A program made the position numbers and the translations under genes. The notes beneath the pieces are model-generated. The model worked only from the letters and a program-made list of their open reading frames with translations, made no database searches and had not been told where the DNA came from. This document shows, in pieces, positions 39,355 to 54,371 of a stretch of 64,000 bases of DNA (its first letter is position 1; each line of letters starts with the position of its first letter). Origin of the DNA: Eledone cirrhosa (Eukaryota); contig OZ024753.1 of NCBI GenBank assembly GCA_964016885.1, positions 682,001-746,000 of the forward strand, read 5' to 3'.

Positions 39355-39685
39355 TCAAATCCCACCGAGGTTAACTTTCCCTTTCATCCTTACGGGGTCG
39401 ATAAAATAAAGTACCAGTAATACACTGGTATAATTGCTGGCCTTGTGCCCAAAGTAGAAACAATTATTAAGATTAACCCTTTAACATTTAAACCGGCCGT
39501 ATCCGGCCAGAATTCTCTCACCTCTTTCTGTTCAAACTGGCTGTAACCGGCCACTGATACTGATGTTAAGGTAATGTTCTCAAAATAAATAATATCAAAA
39601 TCTCATAGATTCGACATTATGTGAGATATTATGTGAGGTAAAGCTTTTACTGCAAAAATACAACAGTATATATAATGTAAAAGGG
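39355..39685. mobile_element. SINE 3' part followed by a piggyBac-type MITE (39477-39685)
   Basis: Both family sequences are recognisable. Confidence 0.8.
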
Positions 39686-39839
39686 ATAATATGAAACAAT
39701 GACTATATCCAATGTAAAAAATAACAGACTGCCTATGAATCTCCACATAAACTAAGGTGGTATGAATTTATAGGAGGGTGTGAAAGGATTTTAAATAATT
39801 TCATAAATTTTCTTTCATATATCTTTCCAATCTAAACAA

Positions 39840-40027
39840 TAATTGTTTCTACATTTGGCACAAGGCCAGCAATTATCCAGTACGTTACTGGTACTTTATT
39901 TTATCGATCCTATAAGGATGAAAGGCAAAGTTAACCTCGGCAGGATTTGAACTCAGATCATATAGGGACGTAACTATGCTGGAAAGCATGTCCGACCCTC
40001 TACCGATACTGCCAATTCACCGCCCTA
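39840..40027 (-). mobile_element. Meta-domain-like SINE with TSD
   Basis: The family sequence is flanked by AATCTAAACAATAAT on both sides. Confidence 0.85.
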
Positions 40028-40299
40028 ATCTAAACAATAATGACACTGATTATTCTTCACTGTGACAAATTGACAAAAACAACAATTATAACATGAAATC
40101 AAATTCAGCCATCAAGGAAGCCTCTCTGTGGCTGCTCAACCTGCAAGAAAAACAGCTAAATTCCCTTCAAACCACACCATATATCATCTTAACCCTTTTG
40201 ATACCATATTTTTAAACTGCTTTTGATATTCGAATAATTTTGAAATTATTCAAGAATTGGTAAAAATTTAGTTAAAATAACTAACTTTTTCATTATTAA

Positions 40300-40535
40300 C
40301 CCTTTAGCACTTAAACTGGCCATATCTGGTTAGAATTCTCTCACCTCTTTCTGATCAAACTGGCCATAACTGGTATTAACCCTTTAGCATTTAAACCAGT
40401 CATATCCGGCTAGAATTCTTTCACCTTTTTCTGATCATACTGGCCATAACTGATATTAACCCTTTAGCATTTAAACCGGCCATATCCAGCCAAATTCTCT
40501 CACCTCTTTCTGTTCAAACAGGCCATAACTGGCAT
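40300..40535. repeat. Three tandem ~80-bp copies of the MITE left end
   Basis: TATTAACCCTTTAGCA..TAAAC.GGCCATATC...GGCCATAACTG occurs three times. Confidence 0.85.
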
Positions 40536-41384
40536 TAAGCTGGTGTTTGGAACATGTTTCTTCATAAAATTACGATGGAAAGGTTTTAGAAAAATATAAA
40601 TATTTCAAAATAAACAATTCTGAATCAGAGAACCAAAGATGATTTTAGGAGCAGTTTGGTATCTAAAGGTTTAAAAAAGGATGAAAGATATAATTTCAAA
40701 AATAGTCATGTATTAGCTGAAATAAGTAGGATGGATGGTTAGAACATTTTGATCATAGATCTATATAATCAGGAGTTTACCTAAGGCTACACAACAACAA
40801 CTGGAACTCATCATTTAACACCTAAACTCCTGTACCACATAAAACTAATTAATAAGACATTCTTGAAAAGCGCAAAACAGCACTATTAAAATCATGGGAA
40901 ACACAGTTTCCTGGTTTGTTTGTTTTACCTTAATCTTCCTTCCTGCTAATTAAGAAAATACATATACATAAGTTCTGAACACCCACCAAACAGAGCTCTC
41001 AGTTAATGTACTAATGGCTAGAAAGGTGTTAATCATTCTTGAGAGAGAGAGGCGTAGTTGTTTTAATTATTCAATTCATTAACAGCTACAACGACTACTT
41101 AGCAATTGTGGTAATGAAGTGAAACTTAAATCATTTAATCAGGTTATAGTAACAAATAAAGTGATACCTATAATTACTTTATAAACTGTTCATAAAGTTT
41201 TAACCATTGTTTCATGAGAAATGCGTGTGTGTCAATGACAAAAAGGTGCTGGTGATACAGCAAAAAGCACCTAATCCATCGTGTGAGGTGGTTGTGCTAG
41301 TGACAAGACAAAAACCACCCAGTGCACCCTGTTACATGTTTGTTTTGGTGCAATGACAAAAAGTGCCCAGTTTTCCACACTTCT

Positions 41385-41590
41385 GAGAGGAAAAAATACC
41401 AAAGAGACTATAATCGACAACATTTTGTACATGATTTTTATGATGGCCTCTAAGACCAGCTCTACTGCGAGACCAAGCCGGCCACACTCATTGCACATAA
41501 AGTCATATCTGCTCTGGTCAGTGGACCCCAACATCGTTTGAAAACTCACCAAAATAAAACAGGACACCAAAGGGGAAGTAATGTTTATTT
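41385..41590 (-). mobile_element. RTE 3' C2H2 zinc-finger relic
   Basis: It reads FMCNECGRL, then after a frameshift SRAGLRGHHKNH. Confidence 0.6.
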
Positions 41591-41711
41591 ACTGCAGCAT
41601 TTGCAGAAAGGAATCTAATTCATTGTCAGAGCTAAAGTGTCAAATTTATGCCACCCATGTGTGAGAGGAGGATCTGGTGGTGGCAGTTCTTGAAATTGAG
41701 ATGCAGCCATC

Positions 41712-41763
<52 letters not shown>

Positions 41764-42039
41764 TGTTTATGTATTTATTTATACCCCCACCACCCCCTCC
41801 ATGCACTGTGACTAAGTGCTGCTATTGTTAAACAATAAAGTTGAGTTAGTTTATGCAGTTGTATCAATAGTTAGTAAAAAGAGGCAGTTGGTAGATTTAA
41901 GAGGACTACAGATCTTTTAGAGGAGGGTGAAGGGAGGAGGTAAGTGAGGGAGGGTGGGAGTGGAGTATTCTACCAGCTAGGAAAGTGTGGGAGGAGGAGG
42001 AGGGGGGTGGGCAGTTATTTCAGCACTAATCAGTGAAAG

Positions 42040-42575
42040 TGGGTAGTGGAGCAGATGATGGTGGTGGTGTTGGTACTAGGGGTGGTGGTAGTGGTGGTAG
42101 TAGGGGTGGTGGTGGTAGTGGGGGTGGTGGTGATGGTAGTGGGGGTGATGATAATAATAGTAGTGGTGGTGGTGATAATGGTAGTGGTGGTGACAATGGT
42201 GGTGGTGGTGGCAATGGTGGTGGTGGTGGCAATGGTGGTGGTGGTGGCAATGGTGGTGGTGGTGATAATGGTAGTGGTGGTGGTGATGATGGTAGTGGTG
42301 GTGGTGATGGTAGTGGTGGTAGTGGTGGTGGTGGTGGTAGTGGTGGTAGTGGTGGTGGTGGTGGCAGTGGTGGTAGTGGTGGTGGTAGTGGTGGTGGTGA
42401 TGATGGTAGTGGTGGTGGTAGTGGTGGTGGTGATAATGGTAGTGGTGGTGGTGGTGACAATGGTGGTAGTGGTGGTAGTAGTGGTGGTGGTGATGATGGT
42501 AGTGGTGGTGGTGGTGGTGACAATGGTAGTGGTGGTGATGATGGTAGTGGTGGTGGTGGTGGTGACAATGGTAGC
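42040..42575. repeat. (GGT)n-based cryptic trinucleotide tract
   Basis: Seen directly. It explains the poly-G/V/P/T ORFs. Confidence 0.95.
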
Positions 42576-43444
42576 ATCAGGTAGATTAATTATTGACCTA
42601 TGATGATGGTGATGATGGCAATAAGGCTCATAATGTGTGGGGAGAGGGAGCAACAAAAATTAAAGTGAAAATAAAACAACAAAGTATTTGTTGGAGTAAA
42701 AAAAAATATAAATAAGCAAATAGGATGAACTAATGGAATAGTTGTAAGTATACTAATGAAAGTTGACTAAATATAGAAAGATGCAAGTATGGGCTTGAAT
42801 AAGTCTTCAAACTAAACAGTACCAAGTTAGTCAATATATATATCATCATCATCATCATCATTTTACGTCCGCTTTTCCCTGCTTGCAAGGGTGGGACGGG
42901 TCTTATTCAGCATCACTCCACTTGTCACAGTCCTACATACATACATACATACACTCATATACACACACACAAATGCATACACACACACATACCTTACAGT
43001 ATATGCTACATGGCTTTACGTTGTTTTAATGTATGTGTGTATGTATATATACACACACAGATATATATATATACACACAGATAGATAGATATATCACCAT
43101 CATCATCATCAATTAATGTCTATCTTCCACACTAGCATGGGTTAGACCCATTTAGAGGCAAGTTGGCTCGAATGACCATGTCTCGTTCCTATAGGAGTGT
43201 TTCTGGCTGGTTTTCTATGGCTAGATGCCCTTCCTAGCGCCAACCACATTAACGCGCGCGCGCGCACACGCACACGCACACCTTATGGTAGCTAGGATGC
43301 GTCCACAGGTGGTATGCCGGTTGAGCACTCCTATGGAGCAGAGTATGATAGAGTGGGAAACGAAGAATCAGTGATGCATCTGAACTCTGGAGTTCCTGTG
43401 CATCACTGATTCTTCGTTTTCCATTCTCTCTATATATATATAGA

Positions 43445-43960
43445 AAGATATGTTTCTTTATTAGCTACAGGGGCACAAAAGAAGGGGACAAATACAAAGG
43501 GGGAAGTTTACATACAATAAAAACGTGTAAAATACTATCTCAAATGCAATTTAAAAATTAATCGATTTTCCCCAATAGGGGAGACATTTCATATGGGTAA
43601 CACATACCCCCGAAAAAATGTGCAACCCTCATCTCCAGGAGTATGAAGAGTTTGTGCCCCTTTCCTCTTTTCCTCAACCTACAGGCTGATATAGAGAGAA
43701 GGCCAATTCACTCGGGCCATTCTCGCCACTTTCACCCACCTTTCATAAAACTTACTGGGGTACAGCACCTCTCTCTCCATCCTGATTCTTCTTCCAAAGT
43801 GGTATTTGAAAAAAAGAATCAGTTGTTGACCGGAGAGAAAGGTGTCTGACCTCAGCCCTTTTAACCTTGTCCACCATACAACCTCTTTCACCATAGCTAT
43901 CACACAAAGGAAAACCACTTCTCCTTTGTTTTTGAAGGAGGGTGGCGGTTTGATCATGAC
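43445..43960 (-). mobile_element. L1/Tx1-like LINE 3' fragment
   Basis: It reads VFLCVIAMVKEVVWWTRLK...RRIRMERE.....KFYERW, followed by a 3' UTR ending AATAAAGAAACAT. Confidence 0.65.
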
Positions 43961-44283
43961 ATATATATACAGATATACAGATATATACACATACACACAC
44001 ATAAATACTGTAAGCCAGTTTGTTAGATGCTCTAATGATTCTATGCCCTAGATCCTTAACTCTTGGTGAAGTTGTAGGGGCACCATCATTACATACATGC
44101 TTTCGGTATTTTAAACCTGGCACAGCCCATCCCTCTCCAGGTTTGAACACATTTGTGAGAGAGGAGAGGAGAGAAGAGAGAGAGTATAAAGGAAGAATCA
44201 ACCCATGTATTGAACTTTGAAAGGATGAAATGTTGACCTCATTGGGATTTGAACTGGGATTAGAATGACCCAGCCAGAATGAA

Positions 44284-44730
44284 TAATTGTTTCTACATTT
44301 GGCACAAGGCCAGCAATTTTGGAGGAGGGGAAAGTCGATTAAATCAACTCCAGTGCATGACTGGTGTTTTATTTTATTGACCCCAGTGCATGACTGGTGT
44401 TTTATTTTATTGACCCCAGTGCATTACTGGTGTTTTATTTTATTGACCCCAGTGCATTACAGGTGCTTTATTTTATTGACCCCAGTGCATTACAGGTGCT
44501 TTATTTTATTGACCCCAGTGCATTACAGGTGCTTTATTTTATTGACCCCAGTGCATTACAGGTGCTTTATTTTATTGACCCCAGTGCATGACAGGTGCTT
44601 TATTTTATTGACCCCAGTGCATTACTGGTGTTTTATTTTATTGACCCCAGTGCATTACTGGTGCTTTATTTTATGGACCCCGTAAGGATGAAAGGTGAAG
44701 CTAACCTTGGCAGCATTTGAACTCAGAATG
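44284..44730 (-). mobile_element. Meta-domain-like SINE containing a 33-bp minisatellite (~10 units, 44347-44681)
   Basis: The unit GACCCCAGTGCATTACAGGTGCTTTATTTTATT lies between intact SINE flanks. Confidence 0.9.
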
Positions 44731-45603
44731 CCAGCCAGAATGAATAATATCACAAAGCATTAATTCTATCTGACAATCTACCGACTCTGCCACTTGGCTA
44801 ATGATTCAACTAACAACAAAAGTCTTAAAAATCAATGTTATATTCATATGACAAAGGAGTAGAAATTATGTTTTAGTGGAAAATCTTGATTGAGTAGTTT
44901 GACAGGGCAGGCATTTCAGGACACCATCTTGTTAATCAATCAACTACTGCTAGCCTGTTGCAAATCAATGTCTCATTCAGTGACAATAATGACCATAATG
45001 ATATCAACAATACTGGCTGTGTTGACAGAACACTTGTATGGTTACATGAGTCATAACTGTTCTGTCTCTCTCTCATCTTTCTTTCAATCTTACAGATGTA
45101 ATAAGCCAGCTGGAAATCATTAGAATTGATATAAGAAACATTTTAAGAATTAACTGAGCAATACAGAATGGGAGTTGCACCAACAGTATCAACAATGGGA
45201 ATAAACAAAATTAAATGAAATTTACAGCTCCCACATCTGCAGGTTTAACTGGCCTCTTACAAGGTTTCTTAGGTATTTTAATAACAGAGGCTTAATTAAG
45301 TCTTATCATGAAAAGTAACATGGAATGAAGTGTCTTAAGGACACTGTACGCCGTCCCTTCCAGGAATCAAACCCATGACCTTATGATTGTAAATTCAACA
45401 CCCTAACCACTACAAACATAGTTTCTGTCTTATTCAGTCTCTTTTTCACCTGTTTCAATCTAATGATGCATGTCTTTTGTATTTTTCTATACCTAAATAT
45501 AAACATGTTTTGGTTTGTTTCAAAATAAAGATTACATAAAATTTGTAGCACACACTTCTATGGCTTTTGGTTGGCTTCACAGGAGGTTTTTCAGGGTTTT
45601 TAA

Positions 45604-45817
45604 CCCTTTAGCATTTAAACCGGCCGTATCCGGCCAGAATTCTCTCACCACTTTCTGTTCAAACTGGCCATAACCAGCTGGTCATACTGATGTTAAGGTA
45701 TTGTTCTCAAAATAAATAATATTAAAATCTCATAGATTCAATATTATGTGCAATAATTATGCGAGGTAAAGCCTTTACTGTGAAAATACAATAGTAAATA
45801 CAGAGTAATGTAAAGGG
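45604..45817. mobile_element. piggyBac-type MITE
   Basis: The ends read TTAA|CCCTTTA...TAAAGGG|TTAA. Confidence 0.85.
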
Positions 45818-48800
45818 TTAAAAATGATATTGGTTAATGTAGTTTTGTCTATACACACAACTAGAATACCTTTGCCCATAGGTCAGTCAGCTTTACTGGG
45901 ACAGATGTGGGACTAAAATAACAACAATTCAATTAATTCATGTTCTGTTTCTATGTGAGAAGAAATCAATATGATATTTTTACAGCAGGCAAAAAAGGTA
46001 CATATTTCAACAATAACTTCAGCATTCTCAACTGTTGGTAGAGCTGAAAATACAAGTTACTCTTACTTACTACAGTCTAACAAATTTGAAAAAATAGGTG
46101 AATGAAAGCAGCCAGCTGTGAAAATAGTGACAAAACAAAAAAAAATCTAAATATAAAAATTATAACAAGTTTCCCCCACCTGCTTCATTTCCTAAAAAGG
46201 AGGAAAATCGATATAATATTGCTAGCTACATGGTGTGATATGTAGAAAACAATAATCTGTCCACCATTAAAGATACTATAAATATTTAAATCAACAAACT
46301 TGTATTTTCTGCCAAATCATTACAGGATGTTCCTTTGTATGGTTTCATTCAAAGCAACACAACATTGGAGCTAAATGGGTCTCTAATATATAGTATAATA
46401 CATCAATGACTCCTTTCAAATTTTCAATACTAGAGGCATAGCTATATGCAGACGTGCCAACGTCTATAAACTCAAACAGGGAGTACCATGAAATGAGGCA
46501 AAATGGGGAGAATTTACATAATAAAAGCTATACCCATTTTCACAAGAGAAGACATCTCTCACCCATCTCAAAGTAGGTGGGAGATCTCCATGTCGGATGG
46601 GAAGAGTTGACAGGTCTGTGTATAGTTAAGGAGTTCACTTCATAACCATGTAGTTCTGGGTTTAATCTCACCATGCAACACTGTGGGCAAGTGTCTTCTA
46701 CTATAGCATTGCTTTACCAATGTCTTATAAGTGAAATAACGCAAGAAAGAAACTGCAGAAGCGTGTTGTATGTATGTATAGACAGACACACACAAGAAAC
46801 CTTGTAAGGAGACCAGCTAAAGCTACATAGGTGTGAGTTGTAAATTTTATACACATACATGTGTGTGTTTTTAGAATAGATACACCATATCTCTGTCATA
46901 GAAGGCTACTAAAAAGGGTTAAGGTTAGGGTTAGGGTATCCAGCTGTAAAGAATTGTTTCAGCATGGAAAAATTGATGTAAAAACTATGATAAAGTACCA
47001 GACTTGAAAACAGAAATACTGGGGTCGATATGGTCGACTAAATCAAGATGATGCCTCAGCATGGTTGCAGTCTGATGACTAAAACTAATAAAAGAGTAAT
47101 GACATGGAATTGGGACTTTGTAGAGATTGTTGCTAAGAGATCTACTGTGGTCTTTATTGAATCGACAAACAATTACCCTTATTGGTTCTTCAATAATTGA
47201 TCAATATATTAATTGGGTTCTCTATGGAATCCATAAAGTGATCAATAGTGAAATAACAATACTGAGTGAGAGAGGGGGGGGGGAGAAAGAGAGGGAGGGA
47301 AGAGAAAGAGAGGGAGGGGAGAGAAAGAGAGGGAGGGGAGAGAAAGAGAAAGGAAAAAGAGAAAGGAGAGGAGAGACAAGAAAGAGTGAGAGGGAGGGAG
47401 CAAGAAGGAAGAGGAGACATAAGAGAAAAAAAAAGGAGTTTTATTCAATATCCCATACTGTAGAGAAGTTGGCCCTTTCATCTATATTTTGTGTCCAATT
47501 CCACCATGTTAACATTGGTTTCATGGATTTCTTATAAATGATGTAGGATGAAAATTTCCAGTTGTTAAACTTAACAAACTAACCACTATGTTGGGTCAGA
47601 CTCCACACAATCATTCCTCCAGCCATACATCATCATCATCGTTTAAAGTCCATTTTCCACGCAAGCATGGGTTAGATGGGTTGTTCCATTAAGCGGCATG
47701 TTGGGTCAGGTTACTGTGTCTTGCTCATATAGGACTGTTTCTGGCTAGATTTTTACGGCTGGATGCCCTTCCTAATGCCAACCAGTGAGTACTGGGTGCT
47801 TTTTGTTGTGTCACCTACATGACCACTTTACAGTGTGGATTGGAGGCTGTTTGTCGTAACACCTACATGACCACGTTACAGTGTGGACTGGGTGCTTTTT
47901 GTTGTGACACCTACACGACCACTTTACAGTGGACTGGAGGCTTCACTAAATGTATACTTATACTTATTATTCTGTATTCCCTATCATACATCTTACTTCC
48001 TATGCAAGCCTCATGGAAAGTATATAAAAACAAAATTTGCTTCACACACACAAAATGATTTGATACAAAACCACTGAAACCACCCCTGGTTCTATGATTA
48101 AAATTATTTGTCTTAAAGTGTTTAACATCATCAATATCATTGTTGTTTTTACAGCTGTTTTTCCATGCTTGCATGGATGGGATAGGTCCTTTATATTTAT
48201 CTAAAAACATTCCAATATAATTCTATGTAAGAACCTTTGTTAAGTTACATTTCAGACATCAGCTTAATTGTTTCTAGTATTAGCACAAGGCCAGTATCAA
48301 CCCATATAGTTAACTGGTATTTTTGTAACCATGGCAGCATGGAAGGCAAAGTTGACCTCAGCAGGATTTGAACTCAGAACATAGAAAGTTGTAACTAAAT
48401 GTTATGAAACATTTTGTCCGATTCCCTTAACTATCAGCTTAATAGTGAGAAATTCTTGAGTATTTGAAAATTATAGGCACTGTCTTTCATTAGAAATATA
48501 GTAATAAAAGATTTGAAGGCAGCAAATTGGCAGAGTCATTAGAACATCAGATAGAATGCTTTATGGTATTCAATCTGGATCTCTGGTCTCTGAGTTCAAA
48601 TCCTGCCTAGGTCAACTTTGCCTTTCATCCTTTTGAGGTTAATATAATAAGTACCAGTCTAGTACTGGTGTCAATTCTTCCTCTATATCTCTTTCTCATT
48701 TCATTTCCACTCTTTCTCACTTTCTATCTTTCTCTGGAATAAATCTGCTGTACTCAGGCCTGGGGAGGGATGGGCTCCACAAGGCTATTTAAAATGCCCA

Positions 48801-49793
48801 AGAAATGCTGTATGTCAATATGCCGCCACTACGACTTTATCAGGAATTACGGGACCATACTATACCAATAAAAGAGTTAAATACATTTATACAAATGTCC
48901 TTCCAAGATTAGATAATTTTTAGAAAATACCTGTTCTAAAAATACATATCATTAACAATATTTCTCAATCTATATGATCCAGTCAACTAACTATAGCAAG
49001 AAATTGGGTTAGTCATGTCTAACAAAATATATTCATTGTTGAGAATAACAAAAACAAAAGGAATCTTGCTACCTGTTAGAATTAATTCAGATAAACATGG
49101 CTAGACGTTTTAATCGGATTCTTTAGATGTGGTTTCCTTAACAATTTCTCTCCTTTCTTTCTTTGAATAATTAATCGGGATTTTTTTTCTCACAATACAC
49201 AGGAAGAGTGTGTGTGTGTGGTGTGTGGTGTGTGGTGTGTGGTGTGTGTGTGTGTGTGTGCATGTGTGTGTGTGTATGCATGTGTGTGTGTGTGTGAGTT
49301 ATGGCTGTGAGAATGAATAAGTGGTTAGGAAGTTTGCTTTGCAATCATAATACCAGGTTTGAACCTATTGCATAGCATCTTGGGAGAGCGTCTTATCAAG
49401 GCCTTGGATTGACCCTAGCCATATGAGTGAAATTGGGTAGAAGGAAACTATATGGAAGCCTGTTGGATGCATTGTAATTGCAATTTAAAAGCTTTGTCAC
49501 ACTATTACACTCTCATCCTCCTCACCTAAGCAAGCATGGAAAAGGGGATCTAAAATGCAACCCATGCTAGCGTGGAAGATGGACATTAAGCGATGATGAT
49601 GATGATGATGATGTATATGAAAAATTCAGGACCCCAATGGCTGAGCTCCAGCTGTTTCAACAGTTAGATCTAGCTGTTGAAACGGCCAGATCTCAGCCGT
49701 CGGGGTCCCAAATTTTTCATATTACCCACTCTACTACCCCAAGTATCGAGTACTCTGGTGAGTAATGGTCAAACTGGTTTTTACCGCCTCCAT

Positions 49794-49828
<35 letters not shown>

Positions 49829-49923
49829 ATCTATCATCTATTCAAAATTATTATCAATGAATCTTTTACAAAAATTTACTTAAATATTAATTCAATGATG
49901 ATAATCATTGAATTAATATTTAA

Positions 49924-50320
49924 GTGTAGTGTGGTGTGATGTAGTGTGGTGTGGTGTAGTGTGGTGTGGTGTAGTGTGGTGTGGTGTAGTGTGGTGTAGT
50001 GTGGTGTGGTGTGGTGTAGTGTGGTGTGGTGTAGCGTGGTGTGGTGTAGTGTGGTATCATACCCTTGTACTCCTGTTACATAATATGAAATGGTATCACA
50101 CCATTATATCATTGTTGCATTATATAGTATGGTATATCATTGTACTAATGTTGCATCATATGGTATCATATAGTGTGGTATCATTATACCACTTGCATTA
50201 TATGGTATAGTATGGTATCATACCATTATACCACTTGCATTATATTGTACAGTGTGGTATCATACCATTATACCACTTGCATTATATAGTACAGTGTGGT
50301 ATCATACCATTATACCACTA
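49924..50320. repeat. (GTGTG/GTGTA)n tract grading into a 42-bp tandem repeat
   Basis: A pentamer tract is followed by about 3 units of TGGTATCATACCATTATACCACTTGCATTATATAGTACAGTG. Confidence 0.85.
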
Positions 50321-50577
50321 AGTACTGTAGCATTAACCCTTTCATTACATATTTCTAATAATCCAGAACTTAGAGTGATTAAAAGACATAACAAACCTCC
50401 TTGTTATTAAGCTGATGTTTGGAACATAAAGGTTCTTATATAAAATTATGATAGAAGAGTTATAAATATATAGAAACACTATTTCATTACCATATTTTTA
50501 ATGAAAAAACACTGCCTGTGATTTCCAAATAATCAATAATTTGGAGAGATTTAGTAATATAATTAGCTTTTTTAGTG

Positions 50578-50747
50578 TAGAGGGTCGGACGCCATGCTTT
50601 CCAGCATAGTTACGACCGTTTACGATCTGAGTTCAAATCCCGCCGAGGTTGACTTTGGCTTTCATCCTTACGGGGTCGATAAAATAAAGTACCAGTAATG
50701 CACTGGGTAATTGCTGGCCTTGTGCCTAAAGTAGAAACAATTATTAT
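50578..50747 (+). mobile_element. Meta-domain-like SINE
   Basis: Family core with CpGs retained. Confidence 0.8.
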
Positions 50748-50991
50748 TGCAGGTGTCTCAAGACAGGCCTGAAATGTGAAATATTGACAGGGTGGAATGA
50801 CACTACATACAACTCACCTACAGGATACTCATACAGGATGTGCTTTTTTTCTTTCTCTTTTTTAACCTATTTCCTCTGATCTTGAATATATATTCAAATT
50901 TATTGAAACACACATTGATACATCATGTAAATATATGTGTCAGTGTGTATGTAAATATGTATGAGTATATACACACACACACACACACACG

Positions 50992-51022
<31 letters not shown>

Positions 51023-51937
51023 CCTCATTCCTATAAGAAGTAAAGTTGAATTCAAATACATCTTCGCCCACTTGTTCCTGAGAGAGTCGTGGGGGCAGAG
51101 TCCTCAAACACACCTTCCAGTGGGTCCTGTCAGAAGCAACTGTATCCAGCCAAGCTCATGGATATTATCCAACAATCTTGCTCGAGATCTACACCTGGGT
51201 CTCCTGCAAATTCAAATACGATAGAGCAATTGATTTTAACTCTTGATAGCAAACTGCCTGAAACAGTCCCTGGGTCTATGATACAAAATTATTTTAAAGA
51301 ATTTATATTTATCTAAAAATAAAAAAAACTTTCCATTATAATTTTATGTAAGAACACTTGTAAAGTTCCAAACACTAGTTTAATAATGAGAAAGTTATTC
51401 GAAATTCTTGATTATTTTCAAATTTATTTGGAAATCATAAGTAGTGTCTTTCATTAGAAATATGTTAACAAAAAGGTTAAACTGTTCATATTTTCCTAAA
51501 AACCTTCCATCATAATTTATGTTTAGTTAGACACTTAACACAGCTTAATAATGAGTTAGTTATATTACTAGTCTCGATTATTTTATAAAATATTTAGAAA
51601 CCATGAGACAGTGTCTTTCATTAGAAATATAGTAACAATATTGTTAAAATGTGTGTCCGTATCTGTTTGCTGTCAATGTCTATGACCCATAACTAGGGCC
51701 TCCAAGAGAAATGGCAGTACAAGACCACTTTGGGGCTCGAAGCAGGCAAACATCTTTCTCAAAATGGATGTTGCATGGTTGCTGCGAGGCCTGTTTAGTT
51801 CTTGGGCGCTGGAACAAAGTATTGGCTGCCCACCCCCTATGCACAAAACTTAGCATATCGACAATAAGTGATCGAGAAAATAAATACCAGACTTGAAAAA
51901 ACATTTGCTGGAATCGATATGACTAAAGCAGTGTTCC

Positions 51938-52804
<867 letters not shown>

Positions 52805-53129
52805 AAACTGGACATCAAACAATGATGATGATGATGATATATATATATAGTTTTAATTTTTGTTTTTGTGACTGTTGGTCTGTGGTCAACCATAGAGGCT
52901 GAAATGTTATACTAATGAAAGAGTATACTAGTTTTCTTGTGAAAGTTACCCGTTTCACCTCAGTGACCATGAAAGCAACTTTATCATTAAATTCTTTTAA
53001 ATTAAAGAGATGTGACTAAGACGTGTTTGTTAGTCCAGTAATTGGCCAACTAAATTCCACAGTTTAATTAGAAACAACTAACAAGTATCAAAGACCAATA
53101 TGTCATTTTAAATGTTATATATATATATA

Positions 53130-53717
53130 CAAGGTGTACCCAAAAATGTATACGTACTCCAACAGCATTCTACTATATATGTGAAGACTTGGGGGGAGGG
53201 GGGGGGGCTTTATATATATATATATTTCATTCATTCATTTCATGGAGGCACATGGCTTAGTGGTTAGAACATTATATATTTCATTCATTCATTCATGGAG
53301 GCACATGGCTTAGTGGTTAGAGCATTGGCCTTGCAATCGAAAGGTTGTGAGTTCAATTCTCAGACGGGGGTGATGTGTTGTTTCCTTGAGCAAGACACTT
53401 TATTTCACATTGCTCCAGTTTACTCAGCTGTAGAAATGAGATAATAGGGACTGGGGTCCATATCATTCCACTGCAAAGTGGTCGTGGAGGTGCCACAGCA
53501 AAAAAGCACCCAGCACTCACTGTAAATGAGGTTGGTGTTGGGAAGGGCATCCAGCTGTAGAAATCAAGCCAGAATCGGTTCCCGTCCCACCCTTGCAAGC
53601 AGGGAAAAAGCGGACGTAAAATGAAATGATGATGATGATTATATACATAAATATATATATATATATATATACATAAATATATATATATATATATACATTT
53701 TTGGGGACACCCTGTGA

Positions 53718-53770
<53 letters not shown>

Positions 53771-53803
53771 AATAAATAAATATACACATTTTTGGGGACA
53801 CCC

Positions 53804-53850
<47 letters not shown>

Positions 53851-53864
53851 TTTTGGGGACACCC

Positions 53865-53904
<40 letters not shown>

Positions 53905-53925
53905 CACATTTTTGGGGACACCCTG
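53130..53925. mobile_element. Tc1/mariner-type TIR relic with a quadruplicated right TIR and a nested SINE
   Basis: The left end is TA|CAAGGTGTACCCAAAAATGTATA. The right-end motif ATTTTTGGGGACACCCTG occurs four times, ending at 53714, 53805, 53866 and 53925. Confidence 0.7.
53296..53638 (+). mobile_element. Composite tRNA-head SINE with RTE-type tail
   Basis: It is near-identical to 7865-8200, and its head is locally duplicated at 53243-53272. Confidence 0.85.
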
Positions 53926-54044
53926 TGTGTGTGTGTGTGTGTGTATATAGTGTATGGGGTTGAATAAATTACTGGTGTTGGTACTATTATATATATATAT
54001 ATATAATCCAACCCATTCTAGCGTGGAAGATGGACGTTAAACGA

Positions 54045-54125
<81 letters not shown>

Positions 54126-54371
54126 CTTCGGGAGGGTTATGCTGCCAATAAAAACACGTGCACCTATTGGTTTTCACTTCAATTTATTATAAATTTCCAG
54201 TTGGTTGGTTCAATAACCGGATGCTTGTTTATAGATTGTCAAAGTTCTTTCATGACGCATTCTGTGACCATCTTGTTTTTGTGTGCTGTGACAACACAAA
54301 AAAACAAGATGGTGTAGGACAGAACAAAGGAGAGACAAAATAAAAACCTTGTATATATATATATAAATCCA

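Noticed and set aside
42026-42656. Gly-rich, Pro-rich and Thr-rich ORFs
   Set aside because: These are translations of a (GGT)n tract in four frames, with no exon evidence.
44347-44681. CRISPR-like 33-bp repeats
   Set aside because: They are contiguous tandem units derived from a SINE, with no spacers.
46915-46937. Interstitial telomeric TTAGGG
   Set aside because: There are only about three units, inside a degenerate repeat module.
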